Shown: positions 48,533-57,903 of the stretch, in pieces
Layout: each line of letters opens with the position of its first letter
Position numbering within the stretch: the first letter of the stretch is position 1
Source of the DNA: Deltaproteobacteria bacterium
GTDB taxonomy: Bacteria; Desulfobacterota; Desulfobacteria; Desulfobacterales; B30-G6
Direction of reading: 5' to 3'
Assembly: GCA_022340465.1 (NCBI GenBank)
Contig: JAJDNW010000006.1
Coordinates: 7,530-71,529, forward strand
DNA length: 64,000 bases
Translations under genes and position numbers: made by a program
Notes under the pieces: model-generated
What the model was told of the DNA's origin: nothing
Database searches by the model: none
The model's input: the letters and a program-made list of their open reading frames with translations, nothing else

Positions 48533-50116
48533 ATGCCGTCGAAAAATGAATTTGATTATGATTATATAGTGATAGGTTCAGGCTTTGGGGGAAGTGTTTC
48601 TGCTTTGCGCCTGTCTGAAAAGGGGTACAAAGTGGCGGTCCTGGAAAAAGGGAAGCAATGGCAAAAAAAGATTTCCCCGAGACCAATTGGAATACGAAAA
48701 AATACATGTGGTTGCCTCAACTGGGTTGCTACGGTTACCAGATGCTGACGCAATTGAAGCACGTTCTCATATTTCATGGCGGGGGTGTGGGCGGTGGTAG
48801 TCTTGTTTATGCCAATCAACTGTTGATTCCACCGGATGAGGTCTTTGATCAGCCGGAATGGGGTCCGGGTGATTGGAAAGCCAACTTGATGCCGCATTAT
48901 AATGAAGCCAAAAGGATTTTGGGTGCCAATCCGAGTCCACAGATTGGTATTGCCGACAAATACCTTCGCGAAGTGGGCATAGAAATGCGCGGTGAGGATA
49001 CTTTTCATAAAAACGATGTCGGAATTTTTTTTTGGAACTCCGGATAAGACGGTTCCTGATCCCTATTTTGATGGTAGGGGACCAGATCGCACCGGCTGCA
49101 CATTTTGTGGGTCTTGCATGGTCGGCTGCCCAGTCGGTGCAAAAAATACGCTGGACAAAAACCATCTGCATCTGGCTGACGGATTAGGCGCTCGAATTAT
49201 CCCGGAAACTGAAGTGACTGGGGTTTTACCGCGCAACGGTGGATACGAGGTTTTGACCCGCAGATCAACGGGTGTCTTTCATCCTAAAAAAACTTATCGT
49301 GCCGGGGGGGTGATCTTCAGCGGGGGTGTTTTGGGATCGGTAAAACTTTTAATGAAATGCAAACAAAAAGGTTTGCTGCCGAAAATATCGGATCAATTGG
49401 GCAATTATGTACGCACCAACTCCGAAGCCCTTCTGGGTGTGAAATCAAAAGACAAGCATGTAGACTGGAATGATCAAATTGCCATTACCTCGGGCATTTA
49501 TGCGGATGAAACGACCCATATTGAAATGGTTCGTTATAACAAGGGTTCCGATGTTCTGCTGGATCTTTTTACCGTTATGACCGGTGGTGGCGGAAAAATC
49601 CCGTGTCCTATGCGGTTTTTAGGAAATATTTTCAGGCACCCCATACGTTTTGTAAAGCTATTGTGGCCACTGGGGAAAGCGGCAACAACCACGGTTGTCC
49701 TGGTAATGCAGACCGATAAAAACTACCTAAAGCTTGACTACAAACCGCGGTGGTGGCGACTTGGCGGCTACAGCATGAATAGTAAGGTTCCGGATGGCTT
49801 AAAGCGAGCACCCGTCTATATACCTGTTGCCAACGAGGTTGCCGAACGCTTGTCTCGCAAGATGAATGGCATACCACTGAGCCTTTTGCCCGAAGCCGCA
49901 TTCAATTCATCCACTACGGCGCATATCCTGGGCGGATGCTGTATGGCAGAATCGTCGGACAAAGGCGTAATTGGGTATAATGGAGAAGTGTTTAACTATC
50001 CAAATCTTTATGTTGTCGATGGTTCGGTGATACCAGCCAATTTGGGTGTAAATCCAAGCCTGACCATTACTGCGCTATCAGAGCATATTATGTCTCAGTT
50101 TCCTGAAAAAGAGTAA
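48533..50116 (+). pseudogene. GMC-family FAD oxidoreductase (cholesterol-oxidase-like), disrupted by two compensating homopolymer frameshifts
   Basis: Three consecutive ORFs: [15 protein letters not shown]...EKGKQW / KKDFPETNW...GGGVGGGSLVYAN...HKNDVGIFF / GTPDKTVPDPYF...CGSCMVGCP...HILGGC...VVDGSVIPANLGVNP. The frame changes at an A7 run (48663-69; A8 restores) and a T9 run (49025-33; T8 restores). Confidence 0.7.
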
Positions 50117-50183
50117 GGGGCATTTCACACATGTGCGTCTTTTAAATATTCCGAGCAAACAGTAAAGATTGGGTGATGGTTTT

Positions 50184-51758
50184 ATGAAAGAGAAATATGT
50201 GCTTGCCTTTGATCACGGCACCTCGGGCATGAAGTCTGCCATTGTTGACAGCACGGGGCAGGTGCTGGATTTTGAGTTCAAGGATACCCCCCTCTATTTT
50301 TCCCCCAATGGAGGAGCAGAACAAGACCCACAAGATTGGTGGGAAGCGCTTTTACTGACTGCCAAAAAATTGGTGAAACGCAAATCAGTACCCCCTGATC
50401 AAATTGTGGCCATCGGTATTTCCAGTACATTTTCAAGTACCGTGTCAGTGGACAAAGATGGTAAGCATTTGATGAATTCCCTTACCTGGATGGATTCCAG
50501 GGGCGCACCCTTTATCCAGAAACATATTGCCGGATTTCCGGAAGTGAACGGACTGAATGTGTTTAAGGCTTTGAAGTGGATATCAAAAACTGCGGGAGCA
50601 CCTTCTCCTTCCGGTAAGGATGACATAGCCCATGTCCTGCTGACCAAACACGAATTTCCCGAAGTGTATGAAAAAACCTTCATGTTTTTGCCGAGTAAAG
50701 ACTATTTAAATCTACGGTTGACCGGTCAGTTTGCGGCATCATACGATTCCATGCATCTCTTTTGGGTGACCAACATAAAAAATATCAACAAGATGTATTA
50801 TGATGACCGTCTGTTGAAACTGGCAGGCATCGAAAAGGATAAACTTCCCTCCATGAAACAGGCTACCGATATTCTCGGGACCGTTTCTGCAGCGGTGGCA
50901 GATGAGATCGGCATCAGCCGGGATGTAAAGGTGGTTATGGGATCACCGGACCACCAGTGCGCCTGTATCGGGTCTGGAGCTGTGAGGGACTTTGAAGGGC
51001 ATTTATATATAGGGACATCTTCCTGGCTAGAGTGTATGGTTCCCTTTAAGAAGACCGATATTCTGCACTCTATTGCCTCCTTCCCTACGGCTATTCCGGG
51101 AAAATACCAGTGTGTCAATGAGCAGGACCTGGCTGGCGGCTGTTTAACTTTTCTTATGGATAACATTCTGTTTTATGATAGTCCTCAAATTCCTACGGTC
51201 GTTCCCGACGCCGCTTATGATGCCTTGAACAAGGTAGCTGAGCAAGTTCCGCCGGGCAGCGATAAACTGATTTTTACACCCTGGTTAAACGGTGAACGGA
51301 CGCCGGTGGACGATACGCTGTTAAGGGGTGGTTTTCATAACATGTCCAAAACAACGAATCGTAATCATATGATTCGGGCTGTCTTGGAAGGTGTTGCCTA
51401 TAATACACGCTGGATGCTTCACTATATAGAAAAATACATCGGCCGTCCCCTGAATCCCATTAGCATTATCGGCGGGGGGGCAAAATCGAGGATATGGTGT
51501 CAGATTTTCGCCGATGTTTTGCAGCGGGATATTCGACAAGTGAAAAATCCCATCCACGCGAATGCACGCGGAGCCGCCTTTATCGCAATGGCCGGGCTAG
51601 GTGAACTTACGTTTGAGGATGTCGCCAATCGGGTGCAATACGACGCCACGTTTACTCCCAATCCAGGCAATATCGAAATGTATAATGAATTGTATAAAGC
51701 CTTCATCAAGATTTACACCACGAACAAAAAGATTTACCAAAAACTGAACTGTCAATGA
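50184..51758 (+). CDS. FGGY-family carbohydrate kinase (paralog of 44150-45745)
   Basis: YVLAFDHGTSGMKS, GSPDHQCACIGSGA, IIGGGAKSRIWCQIFADVL. Collinear with the first copy. Confidence 0.85.
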   Translation: MKEKYVLAFDHGTSGMKSAIVDSTGQVLDFEFKDTPLYFSPNGGAEQDPQDWWEALLLTAKKLVKRKSVPPDQIVAIGISSTFSSTVSVDKDGKHLMNSLTWMDSRGAPFIQKHIAGFPEVNGLNVFKALKWISKTAGAPSPSGKDDIAHVLLTKHEFPEVYEKTFMFLPSKDYLNLRLTGQFAASYDSMHLFWVTNIKNINKMYYDDRLLKLAGIEKDKLPSMKQATDILGTVSAAVADEIGISRDVKVVMGSPDHQCACIGSGAVRDFEGHLYIGTSSWLECMVPFKKTDILHSIASFPTAIPGKYQCVNEQDLAGGCLTFLMDNILFYDSPQIPTVVPDAAYDALNKVAEQVPPGSDKLIFTPWLNGERTPVDDTLLRGGFHNMSKTTNRNHMIRAVLEGVAYNTRWMLHYIEKYIGRPLNPISIIGGGAKSRIWCQIFADVLQRDIRQVKNPIHANARGAAFIAMAGLGELTFEDVANRVQYDATFTPNPGNIEMYNELYKAFIKIYTTNKKIYQKLNCQ

Positions 51759-52178
51759 CATTCAGTTCATGCAATAAAAGGGCGCGGTGATTAAATTACC
51801 CACTTGGCGTTTTTAAATCTTCAAGCTGAATTAAATTCCTTTTATCTAAAGTGCTCAGGATGAATGATGGTATATTCTGGTAGGTGATATCCCGTCAAAA
51901 AAGATGGAGATAGATGTCGTAGTAATTTGACATTTGGTTGGGTCTTCATTTGAAAATTCACAAGATAGCCCGACCTGCATGACAGCAACAAGCCGGGCCA
52001 TAAGAAAGGAGGTATAAAGGAGGTGCACATGATATGGGCCCAAATTCCCATACCAATACAACATATAGTATGAATAGATAAAAATGTCAATAAAAATAAA
52101 AAATGAAACACACAATTAAGGACGGGAGTGTAGGGGAGAGCTTACAATATCTCTTCTGCCGATAGTATATAAACCTAT

Positions 52179-52367
52179 TCAGGCATAACAACCGATAAAC
52201 TCGCCGCAGTGATCGTTGAAAAACTCCAAAGCTTCATCAACAGAGTCAAACATGATCCAGTCGTGCTTAATAACTCTTTCACCCTGCATACGGATGCGTT
52301 CAATCTCCGTGTTCCCAAAATATTCAAAATGGTCTTGGTAATCTGTGTATATTTCCTGTGTTCTCAT
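52179..52367 (-). CDS. hypothetical small acidic protein
   Basis: 62 aa. Strong SD (AAAGGAGGGTAAAA) before the ATG at 52367. No recognisable family. Confidence 0.45.
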   Translation of the reverse strand: MRTQEIYTDYQDHFEYFGNTEIERIRMQGERVIKHDWIMFDSVDEALEFFNDHCGEFIGCYA

Positions 52368-52497
52368 TTTTACCCTCCTTTTGCTGAATGATTGAGCTCA
52401 GATTACCATATGGGTTTGACAGATCCGGTCACAGTGTTGTAAATTTATTGATATTTTTACAGAGAACAAGCAGGCAAAATCATAAAAAGGGTTTCCT

Positions 52498-52773
52498 ATG
52501 AACAAACTCGAAGTTATTCAGACCATTTGTGCTCAGAATGGCCTCTCCAAAGCCGAAGCGACAAGAATCGTATCTGTCTTTTTCGAGCAGATGTCAGCTG
52601 CATTGGAAAGAGGGGACCGCGTGGAGATCCGTGGTCTATGTTCTTTTTACGTTAAGGATTATCCGGGTTATTCTGGTAGAAACCCTAAGACGGGAGTAAC
52701 CGTGGAGGTCGCGCCGAAAAAACTGCCATTTTTCAAGTGTGGAAAAGAACTGAAAGATCGGATGAATAAATGA
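52498..52773 (+). CDS. IHF/HU-family DNA-bending protein (IHF-beta-like)
   Basis: 91 aa. RVEIRGLCSF...GRNPKTGVTVEVAPKKLPFFKCGKELKDRMN, the beta-arm signature of IHF/HU. Confidence 0.85.
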   Translation: MNKLEVIQTICAQNGLSKAEATRIVSVFFEQMSAALERGDRVEIRGLCSFYVKDYPGYSGRNPKTGVTVEVAPKKLPFFKCGKELKDRMNK

Positions 52774-52937
52774 TGGTCGATAAAATTGCAGGAATTGTAT
52801 TTGGCATGCTGGCCGTTGGCATTTATGCCTGGAAATTCAAGGAAACCCCTTTATGCCGGCCATGAATCATGATGCCTTTGGGATTAGGCGTCGGGTACGC
52901 TGTTTATTGGCTGGTTAAGAAGGTGGCGATAGGGTAG
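52773..52937 (+). CDS. candidate two-TM micro-protein with in-frame TGA (possible C-x-x-U selenopeptide), or a 30-aa peptide ending at 52865
   Basis: ATG overlaps the IHF stop (TGATG). MVDKIAGIVFGMLAVGIYAWKFKETPLCRP-TGA-IMMPLGLGVGYAVYWLVKKVAIG-TAG in a single frame. Hairpin TGATGCCT-TTGGGATT-AGGCGTCG at 52870-52893. Confidence 0.25.
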
Positions 52938-52950
52938 GGCGAAGAAGCCC

Positions 52951-53029
52951 CCATTCGTCAGAAACACTCAAATTCGAATATTACCCCACCACAATATCTA
53001 GTGGCTTCTCTATAAATATCAATAGGCTA
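52951..53029. repeat. ~79-bp imperfect direct repeat, copy 2
   Basis: See copy 1 (38451-38529). Same orientation, exactly 14,500 bp downstream. Confidence 0.75.
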
Positions 53030-53229
53030 TCTTCAATCATATAATCAACTTCTATTAGGTCTCCAAAAAATTATAAAAATCTTTAGGTCTGACAACTTAC
53101 GATCGGTTGCCATTTGCGTTTGTAATCTTTCTCACAGTAAAAAACTTTTCCGGAACAGGCTATGGATATGGCGATGAGAAAGTGGCAATGCGTTAAGTGG
53201 CGAATCTTACAGGAGGTCTCCGAGGCAAG

Positions 53230-54345
53230 TTAACCGGATCTGATTTCCTCAATCAGCTTATTAAAAGTACTTGATGTGTGGTGATAAAAGTTCAGCCAAC
53301 CTTCACAAAAATGACTGACGCCACCGGTTTTCACTAAATAACCGCGGTGTTTTAAACAGTCGCCTTGGCACAAGTCAAGATAGACGCAGGATTTGCATTC
53401 TGTTGCCACTACTGATTTTTGACAGCCAAAGTCCTGGAAGATTGACGAAGAAAGGGCCTCTTCCCAGCTTGTGTCCATAATATTGCCAATTTTTAAATCC
53501 TGCCGGACAAAAAAATCACATGGAAAAATATCACCGTTGTGTTCCACCAGAAAATACTGACAGCAATTATTAGAGAGGCTGCAGGCCGTTATGGAACCAT
53601 CATAACGTTTATTGAGAATATCATCAAAGTGGCGCACCGAAACTTTGTGAATATCATTCGGGTACCATGCGTCAAAAACCTCCAGTAGGAACCGTCCCCA
53701 TTCAGGTCCGCTGATTGAATAGGGAAAAGGATTGCCTTTTGGGTCTAATTCCAGGCACGGGATGTATTGATGATAATAGAAACCTCGCTTTACAAGATAC
53801 TGGTAAACCTCACGGGCATGTCTCACATTGGCCTGACTGACCACGGTAAGAATGTTTACGGCTACACCGAAGTGCTGCAACCTCCGGATTCCGTTGAGGA
53901 CGATCGAGTGAGAGCCTTTACCGCCTGAAAATTTTCTGAATCGATTGTGTAATTCAGGGGGGCCATCGAGACTGCAACCTACCAGATAACAGTAGCTCGC
54001 TAAAAACTCTGCCAGGGTATTGTCAATGAGGGTTGCATTCGTCTGGAGGCCATTTGAAACCAGTGAGCCGGGGCGGGCATACTTATTCTGAAACCCGGCA
54101 ACCTGTTTAAAAAATTCGACGCCCATCAGGAGGGGTTCACCGCCCTGCCATCCAAAGGTATAATTCGGTTGGTCGGTTTTCAGATAGGTTTTCACCAATT
54201 GCTCGAGCACGGTCTCAGGCATTCTGTGAGCTCTGGATTGAGGGTACAGTTTGCGCTTATCCAGGTAGAAACAGTAGTCACAGTTCATATTGCAGTCCGC
54301 AGAAGTTGGCTTTATTAAAAGGCTGAATGGCTTCACAGACGACAC
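53230..54345 (-). CDS. anaerobic sulfatase-maturating enzyme (radical SAM/SPASM)
   Basis: 371 aa. LLIKPTSADCNMNCDYCFY (CxxxCxxC), GGEPLL, C-terminal Cys clusters (CQYF...CDFF..., CKSCVYLDLCQGDC), typical of anSME. Confidence 0.85.
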   Translation of the reverse strand: MSSVKPFSLLIKPTSADCNMNCDYCFYLDKRKLYPQSRAHRMPETVLEQLVKTYLKTDQPNYTFGWQGGEPLLMGVEFFKQVAGFQNKYARPGSLVSNGLQTNATLIDNTLAEFLASYCYLVGCSLDGPPELHNRFRKFSGGKGSHSIVLNGIRRLQHFGVAVNILTVVSQANVRHAREVYQYLVKRGFYYHQYIPCLELDPKGNPFPYSISGPEWGRFLLEVFDAWYPNDIHKVSVRHFDDILNKRYDGSITACSLSNNCCQYFLVEHNGDIFPCDFFVRQDLKIGNIMDTSWEEALSSSIFQDFGCQKSVVATECKSCVYLDLCQGDCLKHRGYLVKTGGVSHFCEGWLNFYHHTSSTFNKLIEEIRSG

Positions 54346-54520
54346 CTCAGATCAAAACGGATTCTCAATTGTTTTCTTGGTTTGTTTACCAACAGTCTCT
54401 GCATGGCGTAACAGGCGAAAACAGCATTTTGCGATGCAAAGCAAATGTCAATTAATCATTTCAGATCGGGAATCTAAACGCCCCTAATATTGAACTAAAA
54501 GCATTCAAACCGGCATGTTG

Positions 54521-57500
54521 CTATTTTTCAACGTGGAGCGATTGCCTTTTCAGGGATTTGACATCCATCCTGAGCTGGCGCATGCGGCTGTAGACACTGG
54601 TGCGATTCATCCCTAGAATTTCGGCTGCGCCACCCGTACCGCCGATCTGACCCTTGGTTTTCTTTATTACGAATTCAATGTATCGGCGCTGAAGGTTTCC
54701 CAAGGTTGGGAAATCCTCAAAAGGGTTCGTTGATTGGCCTCGCATGTCAACTGGGAGTGAAAATTCCAGTTGTTTATCCGTTGATAACAATACCGCCCTT
54801 TCGATAATATTCTGTAACTCCCTGACATTGCCCGGCCATTTGTATGTCCGCAGTATGGTTACCTGCTCTCCTGTTAATTTCAGATCGTGCCGGTTGTATT
54901 TCTTCGTGTAGCGATCAATGAAATGGTCGGCCAACAAAGCAATGTCCTCTTGCCGTTCCCGCAGAGGCGGTAAATGGATGGGAATGACGTTCAGCCGATA
55001 ATACAAGTCCTCACGGAAACGGCTTTCAGCGATCTCTTTTTCGAGATCTCGGTTAGTGGCGGCGATCAATCGAAAATTCGAACGAATCGTACGCGTCCCG
55101 CCGAGGCGGTTAAACTCCTTCTCCTGAATGGCACGCAGCAGCTTTACCTGAGCCGGCAAGGGCAATTCACCGATCTCGTCTAAAAAAAGGGTGCCTTCAT
55201 GCGCCATCTCGATTCGGCCCAATCTGCGCCGGTCGGCTCCGGTGAAGGCACCGCGTTCGTGACCAAACAATTCACTTTCCAGCAGGTTTTCAGGAATGGT
55301 GGTTGCATCCACGACGATAAAAGGCTTTTCTGAGCGCTGGCTGCTGCGGTGGATCCTGTAGGCCAGCAACTCTTTGCCGGTTCCGGTTTCCCCAGTGATC
55401 AATATCGTGGAATCGGTCCCTGCAATCTGATCGGTCACCTTCAGCAGATGCTTCATTTTCTCTGATTTTGCAACGATTTGACGCGAATCGCGCGCATCGT
55501 CGTGAGATTTCATGGAAACAAGAAGATTGCGCTCTTCCTCGATCCGGAGATGGTGTAAGCGGCGTTCGACAACCAGGTTGGTGTGGCGCGCAATGTCACG
55601 CATAATTTCCGGGTCCAGAAAATCGAAGGCATCCGAGAGGTAGGAGTTGTCAAAGTACATGACGCCGTGCACGGAACCACCGACCTCGACCGGTATACTC
55701 AACATGGAAAACACCCTCGGATAGCCCTTTTGGCGATCGCCTTCGGGCGATCTGCCCAACTGAGGCTGGTTTGTATGAAAGGCCTTCAGCACCATGGCCA
55801 GATTTGTTTTAAAGCTCTCATGTTCAATTTCTGCCGCCGGCAAATTACACGTCGCCCGCAACTTCGGCACGGCAGTGTACTTGCCGCCGGGAAACCAGAA
55901 AAGGGCACTGCGCTCGGCCCCGAACAATCGATTTGCCCGTGAGAGCACCCCTGCCAGGATTTCCTGTCTGGTTTCAATAGGGTAAAGCGATTCGATCATC
56001 TCGAGGTAGCTTTGCATGGTTTGTCTACGGCGGTGATCCGGGTCTAGCGGGCTCTCCTGATTTTCGAACAGATGCCTGAATTCGTCAGGAAAGAATTCCT
56101 CGGTATAACCACCCAGCAGGTGCCGGGCCTTTCTGGCAAGTTGTCTGGCTTTTTCGCGGTCACCGCACCTCAATTCAGTGCGGGCCATTTCAAGTATTGT
56201 TTTCGAGAGCTGGACGGGATCGCCGGATTGCTCCAGGTAGTGCATGCTCTGAACAAGGTCGTCCCTAATCCCATCGATGTGCTCATTGTTCGATGATTTT
56301 TCGTGGGCTTTCAATCTAAAGGCAACGCCCTTTAAATGAACGTTGACACCCGTGAGTATGCGGTGCATTTCATCCGGAAAATGTATCTTGTCGGCTATTT
56401 GAAAACCCAGCCGGTGGAACTCATAATTCATTTCCAATATCCATGGAGAAGCATATTGCCGGATGATGCCGGCCTGGGTGCTTTTCTTGACAGCACTGTT
56501 GCTAGCTCGACAGGCTTTCTCCATGCGCCCCTCGAGAAAATGGTGCAGGGTAAACCCACCCCGGGCTAAATGCACACCCAGTGCGTTGCCACATCCCAGG
56601 GCTTCTTCAAGGGCCTCCTCTAGATTATTTAAACCCTCTTTTTGCTTGCGCAGCAAAATGAGCACGGTACCCAGGGTGGCTTGGATGGTGGAAGCCAGCG
56701 CCGTATCCGATCGATCCTTGGCCAGGCGCCACTGGTAGTCAAGGTTTCCAATGGCGCGGTGAAACTGACCCAGGTACACGGCACAGTAGCCGGTCAGAAA
56801 AGGCGCTGTGGGATGGGTCAAAACGCCCCATTTGGCTGTCCCGAAGGCCTGTTCCGCTTTTTCAAAGTGCTCGATGGCCTTTTTGTGGAGCCCCTTGGTA
56901 AAGTATAAAAGACCGAGAAAAAGGGCGGATTGGCCTAGAATGTCGTCGTCGCCCAGTTCATGAATTTCCTCAAAGCCCATGGACAGGGCTACTATTGCCT
57001 CATCCCGGCGGTTGGAAAAATAATAGAGCCGGCCCAGATGTAAATTGAGAAGGGCATGGGAGCGCTGATCGCCCATTTTTTGGGTAACCTCACCGGCGCT
57101 GTTCAGATATGTTACAATTTCGCCAAACCCGTACCCCAGGGAAAAAAGCATATTGGAAAGCTCAAGCACACTGGAAACAAACATTCTGTTTGCAACATCT
57201 TGGGCGCGTATTGGATACAAATGCTCTACAGCGGCCTGAAGGTAAACCCGCGACGTTTCGAAATCATTATTGTTAAACGCTGCATGGGCTAACCCTATTT
57301 CGTACTCAGCTGCCTCCCGTCTGCGGCCCGTTCTGGTGAGCAGGGTCAGCATCTCTTCGGGCCCGACATTTTCATGCATCTGCTTCAGATAGAGATTGTC
57401 GACCATGTCGTTCAGGGAGCTCTTTCCATTCAATGCGATCAGATGGTCTCGGATGTCATCCGGCAGGTCGGCAGATAAGGAAAAACAATTGTTCTTATCC

Positions 57501-57670
57501 TGACGCAGCCATCCGGCAGAGCGTCCCTTTTCAATCAGGTCAAAAAGCGGTCCTGGCAGAAGCGGCGCAAGCGCACCGGCTGTGTCTGCGGATACTGGTC
57601 CGCCAAAGGCCTCCAGGACGGCCAGAAACTGCCACTGATTATCGGTAAGTACCACGTTGGTGTTTTTCAT
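54521..57670 (-). CDS. large sigma-54-dependent activator (helical/TPR-like N-terminus, GAF, AAA+, Fis HTH)
   Basis: 1049 aa. GETGTGKE Walker A, ESELFGHERGAFTGA, DEIGEL, C-terminal HTH. About 650 aa of sensory region upstream. Confidence 0.85.
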   Translation of the reverse strand: MKNTNVVLTDNQWQFLAVLEAFGGPVSADTAGALAPLLPGPLFDLIEKGRSAGWLRQDKNNCFSLSADLPDDIRDHLIALNGKSSLNDMVDNLYLKQMHENVGPEEMLTLLTRTGRRREAAEYEIGLAHAAFNNNDFETSRVYLQAAVEHLYPIRAQDVANRMFVSSVLELSNMLFSLGYGFGEIVTYLNSAGEVTQKMGDQRSHALLNLHLGRLYYFSNRRDEAIVALSMGFEEIHELGDDDILGQSALFLGLLYFTKGLHKKAIEHFEKAEQAFGTAKWGVLTHPTAPFLTGYCAVYLGQFHRAIGNLDYQWRLAKDRSDTALASTIQATLGTVLILLRKQKEGLNNLEEALEEALGCGNALGVHLARGGFTLHHFLEGRMEKACRASNSAVKKSTQAGIIRQYASPWILEMNYEFHRLGFQIADKIHFPDEMHRILTGVNVHLKGVAFRLKAHEKSSNNEHIDGIRDDLVQSMHYLEQSGDPVQLSKTILEMARTELRCGDREKARQLARKARHLLGGYTEEFFPDEFRHLFENQESPLDPDHRRRQTMQSYLEMIESLYPIETRQEILAGVLSRANRLFGAERSALFWFPGGKYTAVPKLRATCNLPAAEIEHESFKTNLAMVLKAFHTNQPQLGRSPEGDRQKGYPRVFSMLSIPVEVGGSVHGVMYFDNSYLSDAFDFLDPEIMRDIARHTNLVVERRLHHLRIEEERNLLVSMKSHDDARDSRQIVAKSEKMKHLLKVTDQIAGTDSTILITGETGTGKELLAYRIHRSSQRSEKPFIVVDATTIPENLLESELFGHERGAFTGADRRRLGRIEMAHEGTLFLDEIGELPLPAQVKLLRAIQEKEFNRLGGTRTIRSNFRLIAATNRDLEKEIAESRFREDLYYRLNVIPIHLPPLRERQEDIALLADHFIDRYTKKYNRHDLKLTGEQVTILRTYKWPGNVRELQNIIERAVLLSTDKQLEFSLPVDMRGQSTNPFEDFPTLGNLQRRYIEFVIKKTKGQIGGTGGAAEILGMNRTSVYSRMRQLRMDVKSLKRQSLHVEK

Positions 57671-57821
57671 AATCTATCCATTTATCGCATTGCCACCGCA
57701 GAGTCAACATGGTGATCGTATTGAGACACAGTTTGTTTTAATTAAGACTACCGGAGCGTGGAGCTATTTGAAAAGCTATTTAAACAATTGTAAACATTAT
57801 AAAATAAATATTATCACACGA

Positions 57822-57837
57822 TGGCATACCTCTTGCT
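57822..57837 (+). promoter_or_regulatory. sigma-54 (-24/-12) promoter
   Basis: TGGCATACCTCTTGCT. Near-consensus with correct 12-nt GG/GC spacing, 67 nt before the ATG at 57904. Preceded by very AT-rich DNA and a GCTATTT direct repeat. Confidence 0.75.
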
Positions 57838-57903
57838 GTTGATGCTATTACATCTGATTCTTTCAAAATCTCACCAGGTAATTTTTAAACGGACAACCTG
57901 AAA

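Noticed and set aside
52039-52083. 14-codon ORF (MIWAQIPIPIQHIV) preceded by a tandem AAAGGAGG SD
   Set aside because: No downstream plus-strand gene that it could regulate, and it sits in AT-rich filler DNA. This is too little evidence. It is noted only in case ribosome profiling shows otherwise.
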